The notes: a model not told the origin generated them from the sequence alone. A stretch of DNA of 64,000 nt from an uncultured Succinivibrionaceae bacterium (GCA_900539665.1 UQCV01000004.1:1818-65817), one strand, 5' to 3'; shown: positions 29,596-40,877, counted from the first letter of the stretch. A program made the numbers and translations.

Positions 29596-30202
29596 AGCGT
29601 AAGCCCCAAAGCTACCACCTAAAGCAAAGGTTTTACTTACAAACCTTGAGCGTTCACGCTTATAGCTTCCACATATCCCCAAAAATCAACCCTTAAAATA
29701 ATTTAATTTTATATACCCACCTCATATTCGATAAATAACCACAGAACAAAAAGATCAGATGTGCTAAAATGTTTAAATTCCAAGCTTTTGGCGCTTAAAC
29801 ATCGCTATACAGTTGTACTAGTGATTTTAACTACCAAAAGCCACATGCTTTAAAGATTAGATGGTAGTCAAAATCTTGGCTTTAAACGCCATTTTTGCTT
29901 TTTAATTGGCAATTAGGACTAATTGTTCCGCTCTACCGAAGTGGTCTCCTTAAACCTCCTGCTCCCATCTCCTTTCTTTTAAGTAAGGTCTTTTAAGAAG
30001 GGTTAAGATGAAAGCGTAAGCTAAGGTGTAAGTTAAGGAAAAGTCAGCATGATAATCCCAAAGCTAGACTCTAGACCGCGAAGGTACATAAATCAAAAAA
30101 TCAGAGCAAGATACCTAAGCTAAATAAAATAATTAACACGTATCTAATCAATTGGTTCACACACGGAAAATAACTTATAACAAGCTCAATAGGTTTAACA
30201 CT

Positions 30203-31648
30203 ATGATTTGCAATGATTGCGGTAATGAGCTCGAACTCACGCAAGACCTAAAAGTATGTCCACATTGTGGGCGCCGCGTGGATTACGATTTCGCTAAATT
30301 TGTGGAACAAAAAAATGGGTACGCCATCAATGGTCGCACCTTAACCCTCTTCCATGTTTCAGGCTTAACCCCTGAAATCAGAGCCCGCATCGAAAACAAC
30401 GATCTAGACGAATTGATTCTGACTTATAACATCGTATGGAACCCAGAATTTCAATTCTCTAATTCTCCATTTTTTCGGTCAAAGCAAAAAAAGGTCACTT
30501 TTAAACTAACCATTGCCCCACAAGTAACTAAACTCAATTTCTTATTTGCTGCTTGTACCGAGCTTGAAGAAGCACCGTTTTTTGATACTAGCGATATCCA
30601 AGAAACTATGTATATGTTCTATGGCTGTCGTTCCTTAACCAAAGTCCCAAATTATAATGTACTCCGCGTAAAAAAGATGACCGGGATGTTCCAAGCTTGT
30701 AGCTCCCTAAGAGAAATCAGCTCTCTTACCTCAATGCAAGCTGTGGAAATGAGCGATTTGTTTGCAGATTGTGTCGCTCTTGAATCCGTTGATAAGTTTT
30801 ACACCCATTGCGCGGAAAATATTGCCCGCATGTTCCTTAATTGCTCTTTGCTTAAGAACATTCCTGACCTTATAACCATGCGCGTCAAAGATATGAGTGA
30901 AACTTTTAAGGGATGCTGTTCTTTAAAACAAATCAATAAGTTAGATTGTAAATCAGTCGTTAATATGGCTGATTGTTTTGCGGATTGCTCTTCCCTTACG
31001 AGTCTGCCTAATTTAAACACCAAAGTTGCCAAATCCTTAACCGGCCTCTTTAAAGGATGCTCATCTTTAGTTAAAGCGCCAACAATCGAAACTGATGCCA
31101 TTGACTTTCTCAATAACATCAGCGATATCTTTAGCGGGTGCCCACAGACTAATATCGTCATCGTTACTAGCGCCAATGAAGTTACCCCAGAGCTCAGACA
31201 AAAAGTCGCTACCGGAGCGCTAGATGAAATCATCATGGCTTGTAACCCTTCTGAAGCGGCGTCCCCTTTTAATCGCCAAAATGTCAGCGAATTTAAGTGT
31301 CAGATCGCTCTATTAGCCTTCGTCGATAGCACAGCTTATATGTTTTCCGATTGCGAAAACCTAACTATAGTGCCAAAGCTTAACACCGCTCATATTAGAG
31401 ACATGACTGGGATGTTCTTAAATTGTAAGAGCCTCACCGTGCCACCTATTTTGGATCTATCAAAAGCCGTTAACTTAAGCCAAATGTTTAAGAACTGCAT
31501 TCAATTGCAAGAAAAAATGGCCATCCCTAATGAGCTTAAAAAAACTTTGCATGAAAGCAAAGATACCTATGAAGGGATTCCGCAATTTACTGTAATTGGC
31601 AAAGGTGTTGGGATCATCAAAAACCTGCTCCATCGTAAAAGTGCTTAA
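30203..31648 (+). CDS. Zinc-ribbon plus BspA-like leucine-rich-repeat (DUF285/LRR_5-type) protein
   Basis: N-terminal CNDCG…CPHCGRR zinc ribbon. It then has at least ten repeats of about 24 aa of the form v.dMs.mF.gCsSL..ip.l.t. No signal peptide. The start is uncertain (ATG 30203 is used; the track has TTG 30152). Confidence 0.6.
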   Translation: MICNDCGNELELTQDLKVCPHCGRRVDYDFAKFVEQKNGYAINGRTLTLFHVSGLTPEIRARIENNDLDELILTYNIVWNPEFQFSNSPFFRSKQKKVTFKLTIAPQVTKLNFLFAACTELEEAPFFDTSDIQETMYMFYGCRSLTKVPNYNVLRVKKMTGMFQACSSLREISSLTSMQAVEMSDLFADCVALESVDKFYTHCAENIARMFLNCSLLKNIPDLITMRVKDMSETFKGCCSLKQINKLDCKSVVNMADCFADCSSLTSLPNLNTKVAKSLTGLFKGCSSLVKAPTIETDAIDFLNNISDIFSGCPQTNIVIVTSANEVTPELRQKVATGALDEIIMACNPSEAASPFNRQNVSEFKCQIALLAFVDSTAYMFSDCENLTIVPKLNTAHIRDMTGMFLNCKSLTVPPILDLSKAVNLSQMFKNCIQLQEKMAIPNELKKTLHESKDTYEGIPQFTVIGKGVGIIKNLLHRKSA

Positions 31649-31981
31649 AAAATTCTAAGTCTCAGCGTTAAAAGCTCTCGCTTGGCCTGTGGCTTTTAAC
31701 GCTTACCAAGTATGTTCCTTACTTTAGATAAAACTCTATATAAACACGTAAATACGTCTAGACTTAAGCCAAGTTTTGCGTAACAAAAGGAACGCACCTC
31801 CCCTCAAAAATTTGGGGTTTAATTTAAGCCCCACCATATTCTGCTGTGTTAGTTCGCAAAACACAGCCCCCAAATCAAAAATACGGACTTAAAACGGCAT
31901 TTGCTTTGTATAATATAGCTCTGAATAATAAAGTCCGAACTTAATCCTGTTCGGTTCAACGTAAAATTAAATCTAAAGGAT

Positions 31982-32578
31982 ATGTCAATGCCTCGCTTTA
32001 TCAAGTATTTGATAGCTATATGTTTGATAGCCCTAACAGGCTTTGTAGCGTCTCCTGCCGTGGCTGCTAAGGACACCTCTCCTAAGAGTGCAACCGCGCA
32101 AGTATCCACCGGCCCGGTAGTCACACAAGACATTCCCCGCGTAATTGAATATCGCTTCCGTGAAACCAACGCTAGAGTATCCGATTTAAAACTCCATATA
32201 TACCTAGGTCTCTTAGGGCTCTTCCTACTCAACGTCATTCTCTTTTTTTACTTTAAATGGAATGTGCAATCAATGCACATGTCGATCGACAACCTAAAAC
32301 GACGCCAGGATGATTTAATAAAGCTCCTACAGATGAATAACGGCAAGCTTAAACAAAACATCGACAAGCTTGAACGTTCGCTTTACGACCTCTCTGAAAT
32401 CCAAGTGCAAATCACTAAAAAAATGAAGAATCAAGACCCTGCTCAAGCGGCCACTCAAACGGCTAACCAGGCTCAAGCCACTCAAGCTCAAGCTAACCAG
32501 GCTCAAGCCACTCAAGTAGCCGCTAGTAATGCTCCTGCTAAGCCTGCGCCCGCTCCCCAAAAACAACCCACTAAATAA
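31982..32578 (+). CDS. Small exported/membrane-anchored coiled-coil protein with a Gln/Ala-rich C-terminal tail
   Basis: Signal-peptide-like N-terminus (…SPAVA/AK), one TM helix, a heptad-rich segment, and AQATQAQANQAQATQ repeats. Confidence 0.5.
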   Translation: MSMPRFIKYLIAICLIALTGFVASPAVAAKDTSPKSATAQVSTGPVVTQDIPRVIEYRFRETNARVSDLKLHIYLGLLGLFLLNVILFFYFKWNVQSMHMSIDNLKRRQDDLIKLLQMNNGKLKQNIDKLERSLYDLSEIQVQITKKMKNQDPAQAATQTANQAQATQAQANQAQATQVAASNAPAKPAPAPQKQPTK

Positions 32579-32720
32579 AGCAGCGAGAACTTGCAGTAGC
32601 TTAATTATGTAAGCTTAAATGAAATCTAAATTTAGCTAGAGCCTAAAAGTACTTAAAGTCTTGGCCTTGTTTAAAAAGTTTTGAGGCTAACTAGGAAAAT
32701 TTATTCTCTCTTTAAACATA

Positions 32721-32750
32721 AAAAACCAAGCTACTTAGACTTGGTTTTTT
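32721..32750. terminator. Bidirectional terminator shared by the small protein (+) and truB (-)
   Basis: AACCAAG...CTTGGTT stem flanked by A5 and T6. Confidence 0.65.
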
Positions 32751-32816
32751 ATGTTTCGAACTTGGGTTTTTATGTTTTGGTGTGATTGGATTTTATCCGC
32801 CTACACGATGCCCTAA

Positions 32817-33872
32817 CTACTCGTTAGTATCGTCGCTTGAGCTCACAAAGACATTGACCGCTTGATCGCAACTTTCCGCCTGAGTAAATTGGTCAGCCAT
32901 AAATTCAGCTCTGACCTGAGACACTAAGCGCTTAGGCACTAAACGGTCGTAGGTAATTTCGCCCACCCCGATAAATTCTGCTTGCGCTGCTGCTTCTTCC
33001 TTACCAATATAGATACGAATCGGCTGCGTGTCGGTTGTAAGCATATTAACAGGGCGAACCTTAATAACCTGGCCCCTTAAGATCTTATGCGCTTCAAATT
33101 CTTCCAAGTAGATAATCGGTAAATCAGATACCGCGGTATCCACAGGCAGTAATAAAGCATCAAGCGCACTAAAAGCTGTAAAACCATTACGATGAGCTTC
33201 TTCCGAAATGCGTTCGATATCCTCAAACGAAACCATACGGTCAGCAGGGTATGTAGAAACAGCAATACGGTCGAGTGCCTTAACGTAAGCCCCACAACCT
33301 AAATATTCGCCGAGATCGTCGATTAAACTTCTAATGTAGGTTCCTTTGCTACAATGAACCCGCATCCGGCCTTCAGCCTTATGAGCGTCGTACCCTAAGA
33401 GGGTAAATTCGTAAATCACGATATCACGAGCTTCACGTGGAACTGTAATCCCCTTACGTGCATACTCATATAGTGGACGCCCTTCATACTTTAAAGCAGA
33501 GTACATACTTGGTACTTGTTTCTGGGCGCCGGTAAATTTTTCCATCGCCTGAAGCAACATCACTTCATCGAATTTAACTGGAGCTTCTTTAATCACTTCC
33601 CCTTCGGCATCAGAAGTGGTGGTTCTGAAACCAAAATGCGCTGTTACTTCATAAGTTTTATCGGCATCTAAAAGGTATTGTGAAAACTTAGTTGCTTCCC
33701 CTAAACAAATTGGGAGCATCCCTGTGGCTAAAGGATCAAGGGCGCCAGTATGACCGGCCTTCTTAGCATGAAAAATCCCGCGAATGCGAATCATAGCATC
33801 ATTAGAGGTGATTCCAAGAGGCTTGTTTAAAAGGAGCACTCCATTCACATCGCGTTTGCTTCTTCGGGGCAT
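32817..33872 (-). CDS. truB: tRNA pseudouridine(55) synthase
   Basis: GHTGALDPLATGMLPICLGEATK catalytic region. It is about 35 aa longer at the C-terminus than E. coli TruB. Confidence 0.9.
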   Translation of the reverse strand: MPRRSKRDVNGVLLLNKPLGITSNDAMIRIRGIFHAKKAGHTGALDPLATGMLPICLGEATKFSQYLLDADKTYEVTAHFGFRTTTSDAEGEVIKEAPVKFDEVMLLQAMEKFTGAQKQVPSMYSALKYEGRPLYEYARKGITVPREARDIVIYEFTLLGYDAHKAEGRMRVHCSKGTYIRSLIDDLGEYLGCGAYVKALDRIAVSTYPADRMVSFEDIERISEEAHRNGFTAFSALDALLLPVDTAVSDLPIIYLEEFEAHKILRGQVIKVRPVNMLTTDTQPIRIYIGKEEAAAQAEFIGVGEITYDRLVPKRLVSQVRAEFMADQFTQAESCDQAVNVFVSSSDDTNE

Positions 33873-33908
33873 TTAATCTTATTCTCCGCTTTTATTGGCT
33901 TAAGATTT

Positions 33909-34322
33909 TTAATCTTGGTTTTGAGCAGAAGACTCTTGAGTCTTATGTTCTTCTTTCTTTAATTCTTCATCTTGACGAATAGTCTTAGTGATAAGAGCGC
34001 TTAAACGCATCCCTTCATCAAGAGATTCATCATGACAAAATCTAATTTCAGGTACGGCTCTTAATTTCATAGCCTTACCAATTTGGGTGCGGACAAAGCC
34101 CGCAGCATTGTTAAGAACCTTAATTGAGGTTTTAACATTTTCCGGATCGTTATCCCAAAATGTTACAAAAATTTTGGCATACATGAGGTCACCAGAGACA
34201 CGCACATCGCTTACGGTAGCCATTTTTACGCGTGGATCTTTTAATTCACGTTGTAAAATCACAGCTACTTCACGCTTCATCTGTTGCGCTACTCGGTCAG
34301 CTCTCGAAAATTCTTTTTGCAT
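33909..34322 (-). CDS. rbfA: Ribosome-binding factor A
   Basis: 137 aa, collinear with RbfA, with an acidic C-terminal tail. Confidence 0.85.
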   Translation of the reverse strand: MQKEFSRADRVAQQMKREVAVILQRELKDPRVKMATVSDVRVSGDLMYAKIFVTFWDNDPENVKTSIKVLNNAAGFVRTQIGKAMKLRAVPEIRFCHDESLDEGMRLSALITKTIRQDEELKKEEHKTQESSAQNQD

Positions 34323-34427
34323 ATTTTATCTTATATTGATTTATTAGCTTTTACATATACGGCAAGCCCCGGGGGCTTAGCTTTATGCTTTACCCAAGCC
34401 GGGACTCGCAATCATGAAGCTTAACTA

Positions 34428-36947
34428 TTATTCAAGAGTACGCTTCACTTCGATGTTTTCGAACACTTCGATCTGGTCGTTTACACGAACGTCTTGATAG
34501 TTCTTAACGCCACAACCACATTCAAAGCCTGCCTTAACTTCAGCTACGTCATCCTTGAAGCGACGTAATGAGTCAAGTTCACCTTCGAAGATAACTACGT
34601 TGTCGCGAAGTACACGGATCGGAGCAGAACGCTTGATCATGCCTTCAAGCACCATACAGCCGGCAATGAGACCGAACTTAGGATGTTTAAATACCTGACG
34701 TACTTCAGCCAAGCCAATGATTTGCTGCTTAACTTCAGAACCAAGTAAACCAGACATAGCTTGCTTAACTTCATCGATAAGGTCGTAAATTACGCTGTAG
34801 TAACGTACATCGATGTGTTCAGAGTCGATAACACGACGAGCAGAAGCATCAGCACGAACGTTAAAGCCTACTACGATTGCAGATGATGCAGAGGCCAAAG
34901 TAGCATCGGTTTCGGTAATCCCACCAACGCCTTCGTAAATGATGTTAACCTTAACTTCATCGGTAGAAAGCTTAAGGAGAGAATCACGAATAGCTTCTAC
35001 AGAACCCTGTACGTCAGCCTTAAGAACGATATTGAGTTCATGAGCTGCGCCGTCCTGGAACATAGTAGCCAACTGGCTCTTCTTCTGCTTAGCAATCTTA
35101 AGTTCACGATACTTACCTTGACGGTAGTTAGCAACTTCACGTGCCTTCTTTTCATCACGAACTACGGTTGCTTCGTCACCAGATACAGGCACCCCAGAAA
35201 GACCGAGGATTTCCACCGGAATAGAAGGACCTGCCGAAGTTACATTACGCCCAAGTTCGTCACGCATTGCACGAACCTTACCGTATTCAAGACCGCAAAG
35301 CACGATATCACCCACGTGGAGGGTACCTTGGTTAATGAGGATAGAAGCAACTGGACCACGACCCTTATCAAGACGAGCTTCGATTACGACGCCTGACGCC
35401 ATACCATCCTTAACCGCCTTAAGTTCAAGCACTTCAGCCTGTAAAAGGATTGCATCAAGTAAGTCATCAATCCCCACCCCAGTCTTAGCAGAAACCTTAA
35501 CGAACTGAGTATCACCACCCATGTCTTCAGACATGATGCCGTAACGCATGAGTTCGTTTACTACGCGAGTAGGATCAGCTGTTGGCTTATCGATCTTGTT
35601 GATTGCTACTACGATAGGTACATTACCAGCCTTAGCGTGCTGAATAGCTTCGATAGTCTGAGGCATTACCCCGTCATCTGCTGCTACTACGAGTACTACG
35701 ATATCGGTTGCCTTAGCCCCACGAGCACGCATAGCGGTAAACGCAGCATGGCCCGGAGTATCGAGGAAGGTAATCATACCGCCGTTCTTAGTTTTAACGT
35801 GATATGCACCGATGTGCTGGGTAATACCACCAGCTTCGCCTGAAGCAACCTTAGCCTTACGGATGTAGTCAAGCAAAGAGGTCTTACCATGGTCAACGTG
35901 ACCCATGATAGTTACAACTGGCGCACGTGGTTCAGCCTTAGCTGCCATATCACGGTCGTTGAGCACTGCTTCTTCAAGTTCATTTTCCTTACGGATAATA
36001 ACCTTGTGCCCCATTTCTTCAGCTACTAACTGAGCGGTTTCCTGGTCGATAACTTGGTTAATAGTAACCATATCACCGAGCTTCATGATAACCTTGATTA
36101 CTTCAGAAGCCTTTACAGCCATCTTTTGTGCGAGGTCAGAAACAGTGATAGTTTCGCCAATGACAACGTCACGCGCAACAGGAGCTACAGGCTTGTTAAA
36201 GCCGTGTTGCTGCTGGTTGAGCTTAGCTGCGTTACCCTTGAGCTTCTTATTGCCCTTTTGGTTACGACGACGTTCATCACGTTCTTCTTCTTCACGTGAT
36301 TTACCCTTCTTTGCCTGGGTAGCATTACGACGACGGCCACGGTTTTCTTCTTCACGTTCCTGTTCTTCTTCTGCTTCTTTTACGTAGCGAGAAGAGAATT
36401 CTTCGTCATAATCATTTTGGTGAGCCGCACGTTCAGCTTCTTCAGCTTCCCAACGCTTAGCATTTTCTTCCACCAAACGCTTAGCTTCTTCTTCCTGACG
36501 CTTAGTAGCTTCAATATTACGCGCTTGCGCTTCAGCTTCAGCCTTCTTACGGAATTCTTCACCTTCTTTTTCGTTGATGTTGTGCCTAGTAGCTTCTTTG
36601 ATAATCTTGTTACGGCTTTCAAATTCAGCCTTTTTAGCCTTAGCTTCAGCTCGTGCTTTTTCTTCAGCCTGTGACTTGGCCTTAGCTTCTGCTTCAGCCT
36701 TAGCCTTTTCTTCAGCTTTCTTTCTAGCTTCAGCCTGAGCTAATGCTTCAGCTTCGGCTTTAGCCTTAGCTTCTTGTTCTTTACGACGTTCGATATCTTC
36801 TCTATTTGGTTTAGTGAAGCTTCTCTTTTCGCGTACTTTTACTTCCACATCATCACCGCCATAGCTACGTAATGGTCTGGACTGACCGTTGCCGGTCTTG
36901 TTATTACGCTTTAAGGAAAGCTTTTTACTCTTATTATCATCTGACAT
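34428..36947 (-). CDS. infB: Translation initiation factor IF-2
   Basis: K/E/A-rich N-terminal region followed by the GTPase G-domain ([12 protein letters not shown]) and C-terminal domains; 839 aa. Confidence 0.95.
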   Translation of the reverse strand: MSDDNKSKKLSLKRNNKTGNGQSRPLRSYGGDDVEVKVREKRSFTKPNREDIERRKEQEAKAKAEAEALAQAEARKKAEEKAKAEAEAKAKSQAEEKARAEAKAKKAEFESRNKIIKEATRHNINEKEGEEFRKKAEAEAQARNIEATKRQEEEAKRLVEENAKRWEAEEAERAAHQNDYDEEFSSRYVKEAEEEQEREEENRGRRRNATQAKKGKSREEEERDERRRNQKGNKKLKGNAAKLNQQQHGFNKPVAPVARDVVIGETITVSDLAQKMAVKASEVIKVIMKLGDMVTINQVIDQETAQLVAEEMGHKVIIRKENELEEAVLNDRDMAAKAEPRAPVVTIMGHVDHGKTSLLDYIRKAKVASGEAGGITQHIGAYHVKTKNGGMITFLDTPGHAAFTAMRARGAKATDIVVLVVAADDGVMPQTIEAIQHAKAGNVPIVVAINKIDKPTADPTRVVNELMRYGIMSEDMGGDTQFVKVSAKTGVGIDDLLDAILLQAEVLELKAVKDGMASGVVIEARLDKGRGPVASILINQGTLHVGDIVLCGLEYGKVRAMRDELGRNVTSAGPSIPVEILGLSGVPVSGDEATVVRDEKKAREVANYRQGKYRELKIAKQKKSQLATMFQDGAAHELNIVLKADVQGSVEAIRDSLLKLSTDEVKVNIIYEGVGGITETDATLASASSAIVVGFNVRADASARRVIDSEHIDVRYYSVIYDLIDEVKQAMSGLLGSEVKQQIIGLAEVRQVFKHPKFGLIAGCMVLEGMIKRSAPIRVLRDNVVIFEGELDSLRRFKDDVAEVKAGFECGCGVKNYQDVRVNDQIEVFENIEVKRTLE

Positions 36948-37029
36948 TATTGTTTTTCCTAAATGGTTATTCTAAAAATAGTTCCGACCAAGAGCTTTAA
37001 GTGAGTTATTGATCGGAGCCTTCCTTAAA

Positions 37030-38577
37030 TTATTCAGCCTTTGGTTCTTCAGCTGCTTGTTCGTCCTTAAACCAAGTAGCATTACGTGCAGCCATAATTA
37101 AATCGCCAGCACGCTTTTCATCGAAACCAGGAATATCAACGAGGTCATCAGTTACACATTCAGCAAGTTCATCAAGAGTTGCTACTTCCTTGCTAGCGAG
37201 CGCGCGTACAGAGGCACTATCGAGACCAGGGAAGTTAAGAAGGTCGTCTGCCACCTTTCTCTTTGATGGAGTGCTGATATTCTGTAATGATTCAACCGCA
37301 ATGCTCTGAAGCTTTTCAACCAATTCTTCATCGATGCCATCGATGCTGTTGATGATTTCTTGTGGTTCAACATATGCGATTTCTTCTACAGATTCAAAGC
37401 CAGCATCAACTAAGGCTTGAGCAAAATCTTCATCCACGCTTAATACTTCAGCAAACATGCTGCTTAAACGGTTGTTCTTATCAGATTCACGCTTATCCAT
37501 ATCTTCAACGGTAAGTACGTTAATCTTCCAACCAACGAGCTGTGAAGCTAAACGTACATTCTGACCGTTAGTACCGATAGCAAGAGCGTACTTATCTTTT
37601 TCCACGCCGATTTCAACTACATTCTTTTCTTTATCGATGTAAACCTTACGTACTTCAGCCGGAGCCATAGCCGCAATTACATACTTAGAAAAATCTTCGT
37701 TGTAAGCAATCACGTCGATCTTTTCGTTGCAAAGTTCGTTGCGAACGTTATTTACACGTGCGCCCTTCATCCCGATACATGCCCCAACTGGGTCGATGCG
37801 ACGGTCTTTAGCACGAATAGCCACCTTAGCACGTAAACCTGGATCGCAAACTACGTTTACAATTTCAAGCTGACCTTCACCAATTTCAGGTACTTCGATA
37901 GTTAAAAGTTCCTTCAAGAAACCTGGGCTAGTACGGCTAACTTCAAGCTGTGCACCTTTGTTGGCCTCTTGTTTGATTGGTAAAAGCAAGCTACGTACAC
38001 GGTCTCCGTTGTGGAAGCTGTCACGTGGAAGCATATTATCACGGCGTAAAATAGCTTCTGCATTGTTGCCTAAATCAAGGAATACGGTATCACGAGTTAC
38101 ACGCTTAACGATACCAACCACAACCTTACCTACTTGATCACGGAACATGTCGATAAGCTGCTGACGTTCAGCTTCTTTAACTTTTTGCTGTAATACCTGC
38201 TTTACAGTCTGGGCAGTAATACGATCGAAAATTGAACCATGGCTGGTTTTAGTCTTAACGGTCTTTTCTGCATCGAGTAATTCTTCAACGTAATCACCAG
38301 CTACAATGTTAGGGTCATCAAGACGTGCAGCTTCGAGGGTAATTTCGCGTGATGGAAGATCAAGCTGACCTTCAGTGTCAACTACAAGCCAACGTCTAGT
38401 GATAGTGAAGTCACCAGTTTTTTGTTCAATGGAGCACTTGATATCTACATCCAAACCTTGAAACTTCTTTTTGGCTGCAGTTGCTAAAGCTACTTCAAGA
38501 GCTTCAAATACGGCTTGACGAGAGATTGCCTTTTCATTGGACATTGCTTCTACAATCTGTAAAATTTCTTTTGCCAT
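37030..38577 (-). CDS. nusA: Transcription termination/antitermination factor NusA
   Basis: S1/KH domains and the acidic C-terminal repeats; 515 aa. Confidence 0.95.
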   Translation of the reverse strand: MAKEILQIVEAMSNEKAISRQAVFEALEVALATAAKKKFQGLDVDIKCSIEQKTGDFTITRRWLVVDTEGQLDLPSREITLEAARLDDPNIVAGDYVEELLDAEKTVKTKTSHGSIFDRITAQTVKQVLQQKVKEAERQQLIDMFRDQVGKVVVGIVKRVTRDTVFLDLGNNAEAILRRDNMLPRDSFHNGDRVRSLLLPIKQEANKGAQLEVSRTSPGFLKELLTIEVPEIGEGQLEIVNVVCDPGLRAKVAIRAKDRRIDPVGACIGMKGARVNNVRNELCNEKIDVIAYNEDFSKYVIAAMAPAEVRKVYIDKEKNVVEIGVEKDKYALAIGTNGQNVRLASQLVGWKINVLTVEDMDKRESDKNNRLSSMFAEVLSVDEDFAQALVDAGFESVEEIAYVEPQEIINSIDGIDEELVEKLQSIAVESLQNISTPSKRKVADDLLNFPGLDSASVRALASKEVATLDELAECVTDDLVDIPGFDEKRAGDLIMAARNATWFKDEQAAEEPKAE

Positions 38578-38606
38578 TTACATTATTTCCCTGATAACTG
38601 CCAATA

Positions 38607-39062
38607 TTAAATAATCGGTACGAGTTGTGCCTTGCTTACGTTTGGATAAACGAGTTCAGCCACTTCCCCATCACACAAAAGGTGAAGCACATCGCCTTCA
38701 ACTTTTTGTAATACACCGCGGAAATGTCTGCGTCCACCAACAGGAATGCTTAAATCAATAACCATTTCACTGCCAACGTAGGCACATAACTGTTCAAACG
38801 TAAAGAGAATGCGATCGAGACCTGGAGATGACACTTCAAGTGTATAGGCGTTCTTGAAGAAGTCCTCTACGTCAAGTATGCCGTTAATCTGCTGAGTAAC
38901 ATCACCGCATTCATCAACATTAATGCCGCCTTCCTTGTCAACATAGATCTGAAGCAATGGATGGCGTGGATTCTTATTTACCTTAACACCCCAAAGCTTA
39001 ACCCCTAATTCTTCAAGAGCAGGAGTTATCGCCTGAGCAATCTTTTCTTCAATGGTCTGCAA
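38607..39062 (-). CDS. rimP: Ribosome maturation factor RimP
   Basis: 151 aa. The TTG start is preceded by GGAG. It sits in the conserved position upstream of nusA. Confidence 0.8.
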   Translation of the reverse strand: MQTIEEKIAQAITPALEELGVKLWGVKVNKNPRHPLLQIYVDKEGGINVDECGDVTQQINGILDVEDFFKNAYTLEVSSPGLDRILFTFEQLCAYVGSEMVIDLSIPVGGRRHFRGVLQKVEGDVLHLLCDGEVAELVYPNVSKAQLVPII

Positions 39063-39089
39063 ACCTTATCTCCGTATAAACGTATAATA

Positions 39090-39119
39090 AAAAAGCCCCG
39101 GACATTTCTGACCGGAGCT
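39090..39119 (-). terminator. Intrinsic terminator or attenuator-like hairpin immediately upstream of rimP
   Basis: On the minus strand, CUCCGG-N10-CCGGGG followed by U6. It lies just 5' of the rimP RBS. Confidence 0.45.
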
Positions 39120-39988
39120 CTCTCTGATCTAGATTTTAATTTGCGAGAGAAGAACAGCCTATCTGTATTTATTTTACAGATTGCGCCGTATTTCCAGGGT
39201 CAATCCCATGGACATTCCTCACAAATTTGCTTTATAAAAGCCACTTTATTTTTAAGTTTATTCTTTAAAACCAAAGCTTAGCTTTTATAAATGGTATCTT
39301 AAACACGAGAACTCAAGATTCTCTGTGTATTAAAATACGTCCACATTATGCGCTAAAAAAGTAGGATTAGTCAAGTAGAATTTATCACGCTCCAAGCACA
39401 CTTCACAAGTAAAATGAGCGTAAATTCAGTCATTGCAAAAGTTTCCTTTAGGACCAATACTTTAAAAGCGGCCTCAAAACAAAATTCAAAACCACCCCTC
39501 TCTCGAATGACTAAGCCAAAAAGAAGTCTCAATAAAACCATTAAACCTTAGTTTTTGCACCAAAATATCACCCCAAAACAATGCATCAAAGTCGACAATT
39601 CCCATTTACGAAGCAAAACATTATGCCTTTTCCTAGTTTTATAGTTCCTTCATTTGCTCATAAAATTTGATTTTAAAAAATATTATTCTTCTTTTTAAGT
39701 CTTAGCTCGTTTTTTATCCCTTAGTGGTTTTACTTTGGTTTTACGTAGCTATTATCTAAGGTTAATGTTTAATCTGTAAGATCATAGATTTAGGTCTAGC
39801 TACATAAACATAAGCTCCGAAGAGCCGTTCTTGTAGCTGGCGCCTCAAATGAGGCTACCCATCTAGCACCTAATGCAAGTAAGCACGGACTCAAGTAAGT
39901 TTTGGCCCAAGTAAAGTGGGTTTTCTAACTTGCTAGCTTTTATGGTTATCAAGCTTTTATACGCCAAATTAGACCTAACATATGTTGT

Positions 39989-40100
39989 AAAGTGACATCC
40001 TCCCCCACCTATAGAGGTGGGGGCTTCCCACCGATAAGATAGGTTCAGTTCTCGCTCAAGCACTCTAATGAGTACAGTATCAACGAGCTAACCCCGTGTG
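39989..40100. repeat. Degenerate copy C of the repeat family
   Basis: Shares GTGACAT, the CCCACCTATAGAGGTGGG hairpin, ATAAGATAG and ACTCTAATGAGTA with copies A and B. Confidence 0.6.
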
Positions 40101-40203
40101 TCCCACGGTTCTATGTTTTGAATTTATGCAGTTACTAACCGCATACCTTCATTTTTTATATTTATAGCATAATGTTTAGAAAGCTGTCAAGTAGATTTCG
40201 GCA

Positions 40204-40250
40204 ATTCATCTCACCACCTTAGAGGTGGGGGACTTCTTGCCGAGTTCTGT
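40204..40250. repeat. Degenerate copy D (end fragment) of the repeat family
   Basis: AATTCATCTCACCACCTTAGAGGTGGGGGACTTC resembles the copy A end and the fragment at 16612-16640. Confidence 0.55.
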
Positions 40251-40539
40251 TAAATTACTTCCTAAGTTTCTTCTATTTTTCCTTCTTCCTTATAAATAGT
40301 CTTTTATTACTTAGAATGCAGATTTGAAAGCAGTTTTTAAGACAAACATGGAAAAATGAAACCGACCTGGGATATGTTTTTTAGAGATATTAGTTTGGGT
40401 GGCATATAGCTTGCACTATTACTTAACAATTACATAAGTAGCGGACTTAAGCTTAGATAAAACTCGTTTAATAAAACTCATTTGATTAAAATTCGTTTAA
40501 ATATTTATGCTACCTTTCGCAGCATCAAAGGAGAACAAT

Positions 40540-40758
40540 ATGTCCAAAGGCACAGTTAAATGGTTTAACAACACCAAAGGTTTTGGCTTCATCTGCCCTG
40601 ATGATGGCGGTCAAGATGTGTTTGCACACTACTCAACTATTGATATGACTGGTTACAAAACTTTAAAACAGGGTCAGCCTGTTACTTATGAAACCGAAAA
40701 AGGTGAAAAAGGTTTTCATGCCATCAATGTTGTTCCGCTTCCAATGGTTAACGAATAA
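40540..40758 (+). CDS. cspA: Cold-shock protein (CspA family)
   Basis: MSKGTVKWFNNTKGFGFI… contains the RNP1/RNP2 motifs and has an AGGAG RBS. The track ORF starts 11 codons earlier. Confidence 0.9.
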   Translation: MSKGTVKWFNNTKGFGFICPDDGGQDVFAHYSTIDMTGYKTLKQGQPVTYETEKGEKGFHAINVVPLPMVNE

Positions 40759-40773
40759 AAAAACGACTTTCAT

Positions 40774-40797
40774 CCCACACGCAAGCGTGTGGGTTTT
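40774..40797 (+). terminator. cspA terminator
   Basis: CCCACACGC-AA-GCGTGTGGG followed by TTTT. Confidence 0.8.
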
Positions 40798-40877
40798 ACG
40801 TCGCAATTTATAACATCTGATGATTACTTATTGCTTTTTTTTTAAAATTGTTCCAACGTTAATATCGAATCACCCAC

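Noticed and set aside
39063-39400. Looked for tRNA-fMet (metY) upstream of rimP, as in the E. coli operon
   Set aside because: No T-arm (GGTTCGAATCC-like) or acceptor-stem pattern was found on either strand. Only a terminator-like hairpin is present.
39863-40063. 66-aa minus-strand ORF upstream of cspA
   Set aside because: It spans the degenerate repeat copy C and its hairpin, has no RBS, and has an R/L/S-rich composition.
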